Below, one piece after another: positions 1-12,999 of a stretch of DNA of 64,000 nucleotides; the first letter of the stretch is position 1; each line of letters opens with the position of its first letter. Source of the stretch: Glaucostegus cemiculus (Eukaryota); assembly GCA_976551045.1 (NCBI GenBank), contig CDPCPM010000078.1, forward strand, positions 3,534,001 through 3,598,000, written 5' to 3'. Both the position numbers and the translations under genes were made by a program. Under the pieces are notes generated by a model. The model ran no database searches, had not been told where the DNA came from, and saw only the letters and a program-made list of their open reading frames with translations.

Positions 1-3000
1 TAATTACCAGATTCTGAAAAAAAAACAAAAAAGAGGGTGTGCCAACAAACCACAGATCAAAATGTAGGAATAGAAGACTGGTCCCCACTGGGCTGTAAGG
101 TTCAAGCCTGCATCAATATGCTTGTATAATCCGCTTCTGATGTCAGGACAGAGCGCTCTGGGTTACAAACCAGTATCAGAAATTAACAGCAAAATAAAAG
201 GCAGACTGCATAGCTGACAGAACAATGAAAGTTTGGTGCAAAATCATGTCAAAAAGTTTTTCTTACTGAATCTTAAAGAACGCAGGTACAGGTACATAGA
301 TAGGCAATGGTAACAGTGGTATTACAGATCTGCACTTCAGTCTTCAAAAAGCTAAATGTCCGCAGGCTTCTTTTGTTAATAACGTCACGTGTAGACTGAT
401 TAGCAACATCCCAATAATGCATTCAGAATACATATGCAATGCTATGACTTGTCTTTGACACAAGCTAACTCCTCCATCAAAAAGTAAAAATAGAACAGGT
501 ACTGCACACTTCACTGCAGAGCATTTAACACAGGTTATTCCCACAGCAATGTTTCATACTAACAACCATCATCAGAATTAGATAGAATAATAAATTATCT
601 AAAAGTCAATTGCCTATTCTCTCCCAATCCTGAAGAAGTAAGATGACATTAGCTAAATTACGGCTTTGAACCCACGATTTTTGTTTTGCTTTCCTTACAG
701 TGCTCTTTCCAAAACTCATTTACTCTCCAGCATGCAAACCAACAGCATTATTTTGTTAGCTGACACCTCAGTCTAAGAGGCAAGCTGACTGCTTCCTTCT
801 TTGTCAGAGAATGAGGACGAGGACAAGGACAAGGACAATAAAAAGAGCACAGGTGTGCAAATTGGATTTCTTGCTGCACACATTGCAATAAAACCCAATT
901 AGATCACTGCAAAAATTTGTGAAACTAAGAAAAAATTCATTAAAAGCAGTACAATGATATAACATGCACGTGCACTGAAACAGGACCTGTCCACTTCCCA
1001 CCCAGAGATTGTATTGCTGTGTCCCTACTATGCTGGCCGCTGAGAGGAGATTTAAAGCTTTAAGGAACTAAGGTGCACACTGAAGATTGGTGCAGCCACC
1101 ACAAAGGCTTTGTGGGGAAAAACCATATTCTAAGGTCCTGCTGCCACTGGACATTGAGGGGCTAGGCCCTGAGAGGCAGCCTCTCAGGTGCTTCATGTGT
1201 GTAAACGTGAGTGACGTTCATGCATCGCTAACAGAATATATTGATTTGATGGCATATTCAAATGTAAAGGAAGACATATACTAATTGTATTGTATTGTAT
1301 TCCCTGTGTATTTTTTAATGCATAACATACATCTTTAAAATTTAAAAAAAATTCTCCCACGGCAGCCAGAGCATTGCTATGTAACAGACCGAGATGGAAG
1401 TGAGGCAAGACATAGTGATCTTGTTTATCTGAGCACCTTCCAGGTGGTGGTCTGTCCTAGTTGAGTCCCATGCCACAAATAGTGCCACACCACTGCCAGG
1501 TGTGGGATTATCAAAGGTACTGTGATCCCTGCACGTAATCCATGTGTGAATTGCACAAAAATGCTGCAGATAGTGAAGAGACCACCTCTGATGCAATTTT
1601 CATTATCTTGAATGTTAAAAATCAGAGGCTGCCAAGGTACTGTGTGCAATGCATTAGCATTGCTCTTCAGACCTTGCGATTAATACCTCATTTCTCATGT
1701 ACTCCCAGCTTTTTCTGAGAGTGTTCAGCAAAAGTTGAAGGTTGGATCCAATAGCTCCAATTGGAATGTAAGGGAGGGCATAGTACATGACTGAAACTGG
1801 GAAACCGTCAGCCATGCTCGCACAAACTTAGCACAGCTGATGTTTGTCATCTTTCTGTAGCAGAACAATGCTCCAAGTTCCAAACCAACATCAGAAGTTT
1901 CCTGCGGGGAAAAAATGCAGAGTGTTACCTACAGAACAAGGAAAGGGAAGTTGTTGCAAAGTTGGTTCAAAAACAAACTTGAAAGAAACAATGGGAACTG
2001 TGATTGGTTACTTCCAATCTGACAAAGCAATGTAGATGGGAGATGGTGATACTGAGCTGAAATTACTGATCTGCATCTGGGTAGTCAGAAGCTGCCAGAC
2101 TCAATGCCACCTGGAAATGATCACTAGCATGATCCAATCCAATAAAATCACTCCTATGCACTGTCTACATACAAAAGGTGTGTGCAAATGGATCTGATTT
2201 CAAGGCGTTAATTTTCCCGAGAAATGTGACACCCCCTTCTTTCCTTCACCAGACTCACACCCAGATGTGTTCAAATTCCACCTACACTGGTCAAGACTGA
2301 CAGATGAATTTCACACCAGTAAAGATAAAAAGATCTTGGGGCAACACACTGGACTTATTTTCCACTATGAAAACACCCATGTCTGCCCAGAACTGCAGAT
2401 GCAGGTTAAAGTAAATACAACTGTTCAACTAAAAAGTCAACTTATGAGAGAGTTTTGGTTGAAAGGGATGACTAAGTTTATACATACTTTACCTTGTGCA
2501 CCGAATGATTGAAAAGGTTTAGTACTACAGGCTCTGAAATACTGTATTTTGATTTTGACAATGGTTATACAAATTATGGCAATTGCTTTCCCTGTGGGAA
2601 AATGGAAGAGACCAGATTTTGTGATAGGTCAAAACTCAAGAGGACCATCTCCACCTGTTGCCAACCTCCAAACTGCATAAACAGGCAAAAACAGGCCCAT
2701 GTTCTAGTCAAGAGTTGCTGACTTTTTAGGAGATACAGATTAGTTAATGAAGCTGCAACAGGACTTGCATGTTACAAATTCACTACAACCAGTTTTTGTT
2801 TTAGGATTATTTCCATCACTACCAGAGCTTTCAACCGTTTTGGCACTGCCTCAACAACAGGCATCACCCATCCTGGCAGCCTAATATACTTTGTGCTCCA
2901 ACATGCAGTTACTTGCAAATCTTGAATTCTCTACCCCAGAGAACTGCAGATGCTGTTATTCGTTACACTTAAGGCCAAGACAGAAGTTTTTAGGATTAAA

Positions 3001-4011
3001 ATGGAACTGAGACCTGTGGGGAAATTCAGCAGCGAAGGGAAGTTAAAGCCAAAGATCAGATCAGCCTTGATCTTAATGAAAGACAGAGGACACTCAGGGG
3101 TCATACTCCAGCACCTATTCTACTGTTCTTGTGTGCTTATTTACCATATTTACCCATGGTGACATCAGCTCTTCAAGAGTAATCCTTTTTCCCTCATCAG
3201 AAAGCTCCAAACATTTGTTTAAACACAGAAGAACAGCCAAATTAGATTTAATGAAATACAAAGACAAGTTTGCTCTAATTTTCATGTAATACTAATGAAC
3301 AACTGCCCTGAACAACACTGTCATTATGCAGTTTTGAAGTCCCATCATACCTCACCAGTTTCACTGTGGCTTCTTTGTTAGATGAGTGTAGGTTTGGCAG
3401 CAGAGCCCCAATCTCTGCATCACATGAGTACAAGAGATTTTTATCATTTTAACACAATCTCCAGAAAAATCAAGCTTTTTCTCAGCTCAATACACTACCT
3501 GCAAAAGGCCAATGCCTTGGGCCCTCAGGAAAATATCCCATATCTAGCATATCTGCTAAAAGTAATTGTAATTACACATATCACCACTCAGATCTTCAGC
3601 AGGACTATCCAAGGTAAATTCAGCAATATTCTGCCTGTTTAGAATTTTTAATGAATTACTGAAGATTGCCAATTAAGCTTAGCTTCCTCTGATCAGAGTA
3701 ATTATTATACTGTTCACATTAATCTGCTTACTTCACACAAATGCCCACTGCTAAGCTTTTATTTTAACCTTGTCGCATTTAAGGGGCCACTGACGAAGCA
3801 CTTAATAAAGGCTATCTGCACTCCCTCTTATTTCTGCTGTTCATTACTTGAAGTTGATGGCACACAGAAAAAAACAGCGACTTTCATCCACAGTGGTATC
3901 CTGCTGAGGACTGAATTGTTATACAGCTCTCGGTCTCTAGGTTGAACATTCACAAATATGAACCTCTGAACATTAAAAAATTATCCTGCTTGGGCTGTGT
4001 CCTGTGCACTG

Positions 4012-4620
4012 CAGTGCTGGAAACCTGATGCTAAATCCCTGCCCTCCGCTGGTGCTCCCCAGCAAATGAACCCCTGACAGCTGTGTGTGGAGAGCCTGCC
4101 ACTGGGATCTGGTGTTGATCAGATTGGAATGACTAGTGTGGCTGCTCAGCACTGAGACGTGGAGCTCAGGACTTCACCCTAGCCAGGATGTTGGGCGCAG
4201 GGATCAAGCAACATCTGTTCTATGAACTGCCAGACTGCCTGGATCCTATGATCTCGAATCACTTCCTGTTGAATGTGGTAGAAGCTGCTGTCTCCCCTTC
4301 TCAGTTGAGACTGTTACCATCAAGAACCTCCAGGCTGAGGACAGTTGCGCAGTAAAACAAAGCAATAGGAAGGCAGCAACTTCCATCACATCCAGCTTAA
4401 GGTGATAAGGGAATCCTGGCAACATATGGAGCAGCCGCTGCCATTCCCCAACAATTGCCCACATGCACCTCGCTGGCCTGGGTGCAGCCCTGACACCCAC
4501 CAAATTGCCTCACCACTTGGCCCGACCTGTCCGACACCAGCCCTCAGGCAACCTCTCTACACCAAGCTACAGTGTAATTCATTGCTGGATATGTGACAGG
4601 CTTCTAGCAACATGGCACTG
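4012..4620. mobile_element. Unclassified degenerate fold-back (MITE-like) element with long imperfect inverted arms
   Basis: The reverse complement of 4473-4620 (…ccagcaatgaa…agcttggtgtagagaggttgcc…ctggtgtcggacag…tcagggctgcacccaggccag) aligns with 4012-4187 (…ccagcaaatgaa…agctgtgtgtggagagcctgcc…ctggtgttgatcag…tcaggacttcaccctagccag). A homologous solo arm lies at about 47190-47430. Confidence 0.55.
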
Positions 4621-4719
4621 TTGGTAACACATCTGAGTATAGTGGTATCATGTCCCCTTTTAGCACAGATTCCTTTAGCACTCCTGTTCCTGAGAACACA
4701 TCCTGAAAGGGAAGAGAGG

Positions 4720-4900
4720 TACCAGTGTATTTCATGACCTCAGGAAGTCACAGAATGTTTTACAAACAATTAAGCACTTGAAGTTTTTTAAAACTATCAA
4801 GTAATATGAGCATAGCAAGGTCCAATAACGCATAACAAGAGGATGAGCAAAATCTATTTTTAATGATATCGGCTGAGGGAATAGCGAAGCCTAGAGCTAA
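4720..4900 (-). mobile_element. Decayed 3' part of a Deu-domain SINE (SacSINE1/AmnSINE-like)
   Basis: Resembles the 3' half of the copies at 13000-13405 and 18520-18890 (…catgacctcaggaagtcacagaatgttttaca…gcatagcaaggtcc…ggctgagggaata). Confidence 0.45.
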
Positions 4901-5130
4901 CACAAGCATGGATAATGATTTCAGCAGCAGATGGGCCAAGGCAGGAGATGGGTGTTGTCAAAATGATAGAAGTAGGCAGTCTTTATAACAGAAATGCTAT
5001 TGAGTGAACAGCTCATTACAGGGTCAGCCTGGTCAGTTGAACACAGTGGCAAGGGAGACAAGTGCAAATAGAGACCAGAAAATGGGGTTTGCGGCAGGGT
5101 GAGAAGATGATGGCTTAAATCTTCATTCTT
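4895..5130 (-). mobile_element. Old L2-type LINE fragment
   Basis: Motif gctaacacaagcatggataatgatttcagcagcagatggg…gaagtaggcagtcttt recalled as the antisense of an L2 RT C-terminal region; heavily decayed. Confidence 0.4.
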
Positions 5131-5874
5131 GTCTTGAATATGCTACTTTGTTCAAGATTTAAAAGCTGGTTGAAAAAAAAACTATGTTCTCTTTATTAAA
5201 TCCATTTAATGTAACACCATCAGTGTGTGAGTAATAGTATGCTATGACATTTTTGGAAAACATTGACTTAAAATATCAGACGTTATTTACACATTAAGCC
5301 AAGGATATGAATGTGTAAGCCCTGGGTTTAAAAATGAAGAAACCTCAGAGAAGGAGAAAACAGTACTACTATCTTAAAAAAAGGTTACTGAAATAGCCAG
5401 TGTCCAAGAAAAACCTTACATTTCCACAGGGCAGTTAAATTAATCCAAACCCAAACCAGTGGGTGAAACATGATATTACTTTATTGCTGCAACAGAACAG
5501 ATTTTCCCCACAAAAAAAAGAGAAAATTAATGTTTATTTTTCCAGATCAATCAGATCTTTGTGTTATCATTTAAACTAACTAATAATACAAAGCACCAAA
5601 TGAACTGGAATATTAAAATTAGGAGGAAAGAAAATAATACTTCAAGAACAAAATTTCTTTTTTCTGTATCATTTAGACTTCTCACATCATGCATTTAACT
5701 TTGCATCCCACACCCTCCACCACCACCAATGGCATTTCTTCTGAACTGGGAAGTCAGGTGATGATTACTGCAAAAAGAAGTTTTCCTTGGCCATGTAAGC
5801 TGACTGCTTTCACCAACAGGAAGAGCTGGCAATCATTAACTGAAGACAGTGCACAGGTGAGAAACAAGACTGGC

Positions 5875-5973
5875 CTGTATAGTTGCCGGTGGAGCAACAA
5901 AATCAGGTGTTTGAGGAACATCCGTAGTTTGCAACAGATACCCCGTCCATGTCACTTGGTAAAAATACTTAGG
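5875..5973 (-). CDS. Candidate 99-nt internal exon of an unidentified host gene (PKYFYQVTWTGYLLQTTDVPQTPDFVAPPATIQ)
   Basis: Acceptor tctcatttaatttgtAG; only phase 0 is open; three CpGs in 99 nt against a CpG-poor background. Ends at a non-canonical CAG|GCCAGT donor or reads on to TAA at 5836. No homology recognised. Confidence 0.25.
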
Positions 5974-6372
5974 CTACAAATTAAATGAGAGTATAACCAC
6001 CCAATGTGCGAATAAAGCCAAAATAAATTTTTTCTTGAATTTTCCCCACAGGTTATTATTTGTAGTCAGGCTGTGAAAATAGTCTCTATTCTACAAGATT
6101 TAAGGATTTCCTGAGTAATGGAACTGAAATTTTAAGATGGAAAATAGGAATCATTGAGTGATCTGACCAGGGAAACAGCAAAAATGAAGGATTCTTATTC
6201 AGCCCATGCTTACATGGCAGAAAAGATCATTCACGTTTTGATAGAAGCCAATGCTATTGCAGAGAGTGACAATTCAACCTCTGAAGAGATGGTCAAACAT
6301 AAAGCTGCACATCAAATAAACAAGGATCATTAATATATTTTGGTTGTCATTCTGCTGTCAGTGTCCTTATTG

Positions 6373-6665
6373 CAGGCACGGTAGCGTAGCAGTTAGCACG
6401 ATGCTATTACAGCTCCAGCGACCTGGATTCAATTCCGGCCACTGTCTGTAAGGAGTTTGTCTGGTCTCCCCCTGTCTGTGTGGGTTTCCTCCGGGTGCTC
6501 CGGTTTCCTCCCACATTCCAAAGACATACAAGTTAGGAGCTGTGGGCATGCTATGTTGGCACCGGAGGCGTGGTGACACTTGCGGGCTGCCCCCAGAACA
6601 CTCTATGCAAAAGATGTATTTCACTGTGGGTTTTGATATATATGTGACTGATAACAATATCTTAT
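6373..6665 (+). mobile_element. tRNA-derived V-SINE, subfamily A (Rex1-like tail)
   Basis: Pol III A box (TAGCGTAGCAG) and B box (GATTCAATTCC); V-domain core gtgggtttcctccgggtgctccggtttcctcccaca; tail atttcactgt…atgtgactgataa; cttattg on both sides (6366-6372, 6661-6667) as a possible TSD. Confidence 0.9.
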
Positions 6666-7269
6666 TGAAAACAGGAGGAAAGATGGCATATGGAAGAAAA
6701 TGGTGCATACAGGAGACTGGATGGGCATGAAAGGGAGAAAGGCAATGCATGAAGGGGAAATGAGAGATGGGCATGTTGTCATACAGTAGAGCCTGAGATG
6801 TGGGAGGGCGTGGAGGGAGGTGGAGGTAGACGAAGGGCCAAGGAAGAGCAGAGGCAGAGTTACAAAAACAGAGGCAGAAGAGCAGCATCTTCACCTTATG
6901 CTAGTATGTTTTTAAAAATAAGATATTAAACTTGTTTGTTTGTAGTCAACCAAATTGCACAAAAAGGTTTGCTTGGCCTTCCTCTTTGCTATTCAGATAT
7001 GACAACGGCAAGGGAATTCAGTTTTAAGTTAAGGAGTCAATTCATATACAGCATTGCTCATACCATGGAAGTGTAGGCCCCAGATTTCATGTCTGGTCTA
7101 TGGTATGGAACTGAGATTTAGGTGCATCCGAAATGAATACTGTCCACCTTGCCACAACCTTTAGTCAGACCTTGACCATTTAAGATTTTCTTCCACTGAT
7201 TTATCGAGAAATGTTTCCAAAATGTGCAAAATGACAGCATTACATCTAACTTGCAGAGAATGAGGTTTT

Positions 7270-8810
7270 TATAGAATCATAGATATGTACTTCGCAGAGG
7301 CAGGCCCTTTGACCAACCACATCTATGTTGACCCTCATACCTATCTATACTGATCCCACTTGCCTGTGTTCAATCCCATATCACCCTATGCCCTGATGGC
7401 TCAAATGTTGTTACTGTTCCTGCCTCCATCACTTCCTCTGGCAGCTCATTCCAGATACCTGCTACTCTGTGTGAAAAATTTACCCTTCAGGTCTCCTTTA
7501 AACTTCCTCCCTCTCACCTTAGACATATGCCCTCTACTGTCAGGCATCTCTATCATGGAGGATCCAGATTTTTAATATTTACCTATCTATGCCTCTCATA
7601 ATTTTATGCACATCTATCATGTCAGATCTCGGCCTCCACTGCTCCAGGGAATACAGACACAGCCTATCCAATCTCTCGTTATAACTTAAGCCCTCCAATC
7701 CAGGCGACATCCTTGTGAATCTTTTCTGCTCCCTTTGTTGCAACCAGACTGCAAACAATACTCCAAGCGCAGCCTAACCAATGTTTTGTACAATTGTAAC
7801 ATGATAGCCCAACTCTTGTTCTCAGTGCCACAACCTATGAAGGCAAGCATGCCATATGCCTTTTTCATCACCTTGTGTACCTATGTTGCACTTTCAGAGA
7901 ACTGTGCACTATGTCCTGCCCTGGTTAACTTCCCAAAATGCAATACTTTGCACTTGTCCAAGAGAAAGTTCCACCTGCCGTTCCCTTGCTCACTTTCCCA
8001 ATTGATCTATATCCTGTTGTAACCTTACATAACCTTCTGCACTGTTTAATATAGCACCAATTTAGGTGTCATCTGCAAACTTACTAATCATGCCATCTGC
8101 ATTCTCATCCAAATCATTAAAATAGGGCAGGCACGATACCGTAGCGGTTAGCATAACGCTTTACAGCGCCAGTGACTTGGGTCTGTAAGGAGTTTGTACG
8201 TTCTCCCTGTGTCTGCGTGGGTTTCCTCCGGGCGTTCAGGTTTCCTCCCACATTCCAAAGATGTAGGGGTTAGGAAATTGTGGACATGCTATGTTGGTGG
8301 CGGAAGCATAATGACACTTGCGAGCTGCCCCCAGAACACTATGCAAGAAGATGTATTTCACTGTGTGTTTTGATGTACATGTGACTAATAAACATATCTT
8401 ATTAAAAAAATATGACAAACCACCGACAACCCGGCACTGATCCCTACAGCACACCGCTAGTCACAGGCCTCCAATCTGAAAAACAACCCTCCACTACAAC
8501 TGTCTGCCTCCCACCACCAAGCCAATTTTGTATCTAACTGGTGAGCTCACCTGGGATCCCATGTTATCTAACCTTCCATGACTGATCTTGTAAGATACAA
8601 AATCTCTGCCAGTGCCCCAGCAACCTCTTCCCTTACTTCCCATAACATCCCAGGGCATACCTGGTTAGGCCCCAGGGATGTATTCACCTTTATGCATTTC
8701 AAGACCTCAAACAAGTCCTTTATTTGCTAAATACAGATGAGAAGTATTCATTTAAGACCTCACCCATTTCTGGTGGCTCCACATTGATTATCACATTGAT
8801 CACTAAGGAG
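7270..8810 (-). mobile_element. Decayed CR1 LINE (RT C-terminus and 3' end), interrupted by a SINE
   Basis: ORF 7686-7871 KKAYGMLAFI…LYKTLVRLRLEYC matches the CR1 ORF2 at 31719-33254; CR1 3' terminus near 7270-7330. Confidence 0.9.
8124..8402 (+). mobile_element. V-SINE subfamily A nested in CR1
   Basis: Near copy of 6373-6665. It interrupts the CR1 sequence ccaaatcattaaaata|tatgacaaac (intact at about 23095-23120), with attaaaa on both sides. Confidence 0.9.
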
Positions 8811-10384
8811 ACCTTTGCTGAACTGAGGAGTACACATCAGTCAAACAAAAGCAATACAACTGGTCATAACTAGGCACCTACATCCTTAAGTCTTTGGACA
8901 GGTTTGGCTCAGCTCTTACAATTTGTTTTAGAATATGTGGCGCAGAGGCGAAAGACCAACCATGATCTTACTGAATGTTGCAGTAAGTGTAAGGGGCCAA
9001 ATGGCCTACTCCAGTTTCAATCTTTTACGTTCATATATTAACAGAACTCTTGTTCACATAGCTTTGGCAGAGTTAACTAACTTCAAAACATCTTGTTACC
9101 TCTACCGATTGTGGTCTGGCAGATTTTGACAAGCAGCTGTTTAAACACATAACAAACAAAAACTAGCAAATCCGGACAATTGCTTGGAGCCCATCCAATC
9201 AAAATGTCTTTGTTTTTCCACAGCTGAGCTGTGGTTTATACAAATACAGATCTACTCAAAGGTGAATTCAACTAGCTTTTGAGGCAATCTGTCAGCACAT
9301 CTTAATTTGTCAAATCGTAACAAATTGGCATAATCAAAAGGTAAACATAATTGAATATTCAGATACTTTCTTTCCAATGTTTTTCTCTTTTCTGAAGGTG
9401 TGACCTCAAACTGGTGCCTCAAATGGGTGACTGCCTCCCTTGAACATTCATCCCAATGATTTGAAAAACATCACTTTCAGTAACACCAACAAAAGGGGTC
9501 CATAAATATCCACCAGCACAGCTGCTGCCTTCTTTGAGATTCACTACATCAGCACAGTCTAAATGATATAGGTCACTATCAAAACAATGAACTATCCTTA
9601 ACTATCCACTCCGGTCTTGCACAACCTTTGTTTAAAAAATACATGTGTAATTGTTGACAGATAAATTATCAGATAAAGACTTCAGGTGGAATAGCGTCCA
9701 CAATTCTGGACACCACACTTATGGAAGAATGCCAAGGCCTTAGGGTGCAAAGGTGAGTCACCAGAATGGTACCGGAAATAAAGCTCTTCAGTCACGTGGA
9801 GAGGCTATGCGTAGGGGTAAGTTAAAGTCGGTGTCAATCAGCTGTTAGAGTGCTTTAAAAATGCAAGCTCTGGGGACATGGAAATTCATGACCTGTAAGC
9901 ATTGCCAGAATAGGCAGTTAGCCTTGAGCATCTACCAGTCACTTACTCAGGCTGATGTGAAACCGAATGAGGCCATGCAAACCATCATGTTATGCCAGTT
10001 CTTTCAAAACAAAATCCAGTCATTCCCATTTCAGACCTCTTCCCCATATGCCTGCAATATTCTTCTCCAAATATTTATCCAACTCCTTTTAGAAGGCAAC
10101 TATTACATCAGTATTTGCTGCCCTAATACACAGTACATTCCAAATTCTAACCACTAGTTACACAAGGAAATGTCTTCTCGAATCACCTCACATTCTTTTA
10201 ACAATAACCTTAAATATGCACCCTCCAGTTATCTTTGTGTCACTTGTCTCCTCCTCAATCTGTTGTGATTTTAAATGTCTCTGGAATAGAAATGTCTGCT
10301 TGGTTACATGCACTGAAAGTGCAAATATAATCACAGTACTCTATATCCACAATTCGGTGCTAATGTTATTAGTAAATGAAACTG

Positions 10385-10561
10385 TGCTGCATTTTCTCTG
10401 TAGCTGTGACACTTTACTCCGTACTGTTATTGTTATTTACCTGTACTACATCAATGCACTCTGTACTAACTCAAAGTAACTGCACTGTGTAATGAATTGA
10501 CCTGTATGATCGGTTCGTAAGAGTATCTTGGTACAAGTGACAATAATAAACCAATACCAAT
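10385..10561 (+). mobile_element. Rex1/Babar LINE 3' tail (severely 5'-truncated)
   Basis: ttctctgtagctgtgacactttactc…gtacaagtgacaataataaaccaatacc, nearly identical to 16370-16548 and to the tail of the Rex element at 39934-41200. Confidence 0.85.
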
Positions 10562-11119
10562 TTCATCAAAAGATGATGAAATACTCTCTTAAGTTCTCTG
10601 CTCTAAATTTAGCAGAAGCTATAATCTCTTTCTTTTCTATGCTCAATTTCACAAGCCTGCTTTTGGCTGCCGAGCTATCTGCAGGCTAAGATATGGGCAT
10701 CTCACTTCAGGAAGGACCTACAGGTTTTGGAGAGGGTATAGAAGGGTTCCAAAGATAAGGGACTCAAATTGCAGAGATTTGGGGTTGCTTACTTTAAAGC
10801 AGAAGAAGAGATTTCATCATCTCTAGAAATTGGGGATCTATTTGCCTCCTGGGAACAGGCTGGTCTCTTGTTGTTCCATTCTACCTCCATTTAAACCAGA
10901 AATAGGTGGGTTTAAGGAAGGCTAAGGTTTAAGGGTGTTCTTAAAATGATATCTTATCTGATACAAACAACTACCTTTCCCATTTTGAGGGCTTAAAATC
11001 CCTGCCCTATGACTCCAAAAATAAACTTCCAAAATCTATGCAGCAGCAACTTCACAAGCAGATCTGTTCATACAAATGTGTCTACTTCCATGGCAGTAAC
11101 AATTTGCTCATATTTCCTT

Positions 11120-11386
11120 TTGACATAGGAGGCCATTCTGTCCATGTTGTCTATCCTGATTCTCAGAGCAATCCCATAATCCACTTACTTTCCCATACCT
11201 TTTCTCTCACATGCTCATCAACACCACCCTAAATTCTTCTACCACTTACCTACACAAAACATAATTTATAGTAACTGATTAATTTACCAACCAGCGTATC
11301 TTTGGGATGATGGAGGAAATTGGAGTAGCCAGGGAAATTCACGTGGGAGAACCTGCAAACTCCAGTTGATAACAGCAGAGGTCAGG
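11120..11386 (-). mobile_element. Old V-SINE (HE1-like, CR1-type tail), truncated by the assembly gap
   Basis: tctttgggatgatggaggaaattggagtagccagggaaattcacg…gggagaacctgcaaactcc is the antisense V-domain; similar copies at 43945 and 48340. Confidence 0.65.
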
Positions 11387-11557
11387 NNNNNNNNNNNNNN
11401 NNNNNNNNNNNNNNNNNNNNNNNNNNNNNNNNNNNNNNNNNNNNNNNNNNNNNNNNNNNNNNNNNNNNNNNNNNNNNNNNNNNNNNNNNNNNNNNNNNNN
11501 NNNNNNNNNNNNNNNNNNNNNNNNNNNNNNNNNNNNNNNNNNNNNNNNNNNNNNNNN
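11387..11557. other. Assembly gap (171 N)
   Basis: Run of n characters. Confidence 1.
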
Positions 11558-12999
11558 GCCAAATACTGTTGCAAATGATCCATATACTTCTCTTCTTGTT
11601 TTATGCAATGATGAACATCCTTCCTTTTGCTCTTTTCCACCCTTTAATGGAACTGGCTTAGTCGTATCAAGGGAGGATATCTTCTCTCCTTTTCAGAATT
11701 ATGACAACTGGTCTCAGCCTCTAATTCTTGGCTCCAATTAGACAAAAATAGATGTATGGTTTAGACTAGGAATTCCCAGGTTTTTAAGGCTTTTTGCAGT
11801 ATATGGCACCTTGATATCCATATTTAAAGTTGAAAGCCATGTTTGAAATAAATTACAAAGTAGTCATAGTGATGTCAGTAATACGGTGATCTGATTTGAA
11901 GTTAAATTTAATTGACCTTAATTAGATAAAATAAGGCAAGCAAAAGCAGTTATTTTCCATAAACTTAATGAATTCATTGGTTAGCTTTGTAAAATTCCTG
12001 ATTTTTGTTTTACCTGAACTTAAAAAAATATATTCAGATTAACTGTGTTTATTGTGGTTCCTTATTACTGAACTCACAGGGGTAAGAACCCTTCATGCAT
12101 ATGAAGGACAAGTCAGTTAAATCAGTTGTCCATTTTGCTTCACAAGTAGGATGGATGATTTTTTCATGAATAGGTCACTGTTCACTGGAAATTTTATGAG
12201 ATCTGCAAAGTAGTTTTAATTACATTAAGGTAAATAGCACAACCAGCTGCTCAAATTTATGAGTAGCTTTCCTTTCTCTAATAATCTCAATATCAACATA
12301 ACAAAAAAGCCTGAATAACAAATATAAAGTCATTGAATTCACAACAGAAATATTAATATTACAGTAGTTATAGGACGTAAATTTTACTTGGAAGTCTTGT
12401 ATATTTAAAGATGTTTTTCAGTGTACATAGGACTGTTTTCTGTTGATTTTTCCAGAAGCAATCACATACTTCGAGGATATTACAGCAATAAATCAAATTA
12501 TTGCTGTATTTCAGCTTCACTCAAGGTGATTTCAAAATCACTGTTGTTTGAATCTTTTTAGCAGCACACAGACTAAATTTGACTGAATAAAGGCCAGGAG
12601 GTCTGCTTGCTTACTTTGGATTAGTGGCTTTCAGTACCACTCTAGTGCAATTTATATACATTCCTTTACAGGGAGTACTTGTACAACGACATCAGCTGAT
12701 GGGTTGGAGGTTAAGATGTTATTCAAAGCAGTCCACTGCACAGCAAACAATGTCAACTAACTGAGAAAGTGAGCTCTATTTAAAAAACAAGCAAACTACT
12801 GCAAAATTTGCCCAATAAAGTGATTTCTCTTTAAAAAAATAGAACAATTTCATATAAATTGTGGACATAAGATCAGTCCGTTATTGATGCAGTTGTGTTC
12901 CCAAAGTTTGACTCAATGGTTTCTACTGTGGATCACTACAGCACTGTCAGTGCACTCACTTAAAAAAAAAATGTATATGATTTCAAAATATTTTTTCTA

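Noticed and set aside
6367-6894. 175-aa minus-strand ORF
   Set aside because: Runs through a purine-rich low-complexity tract and the antisense of a V-SINE.
11284-11640. ORFs spanning the N run
   Set aside because: Their length comes from the assembly gap; no splice signals or recognisable homology.
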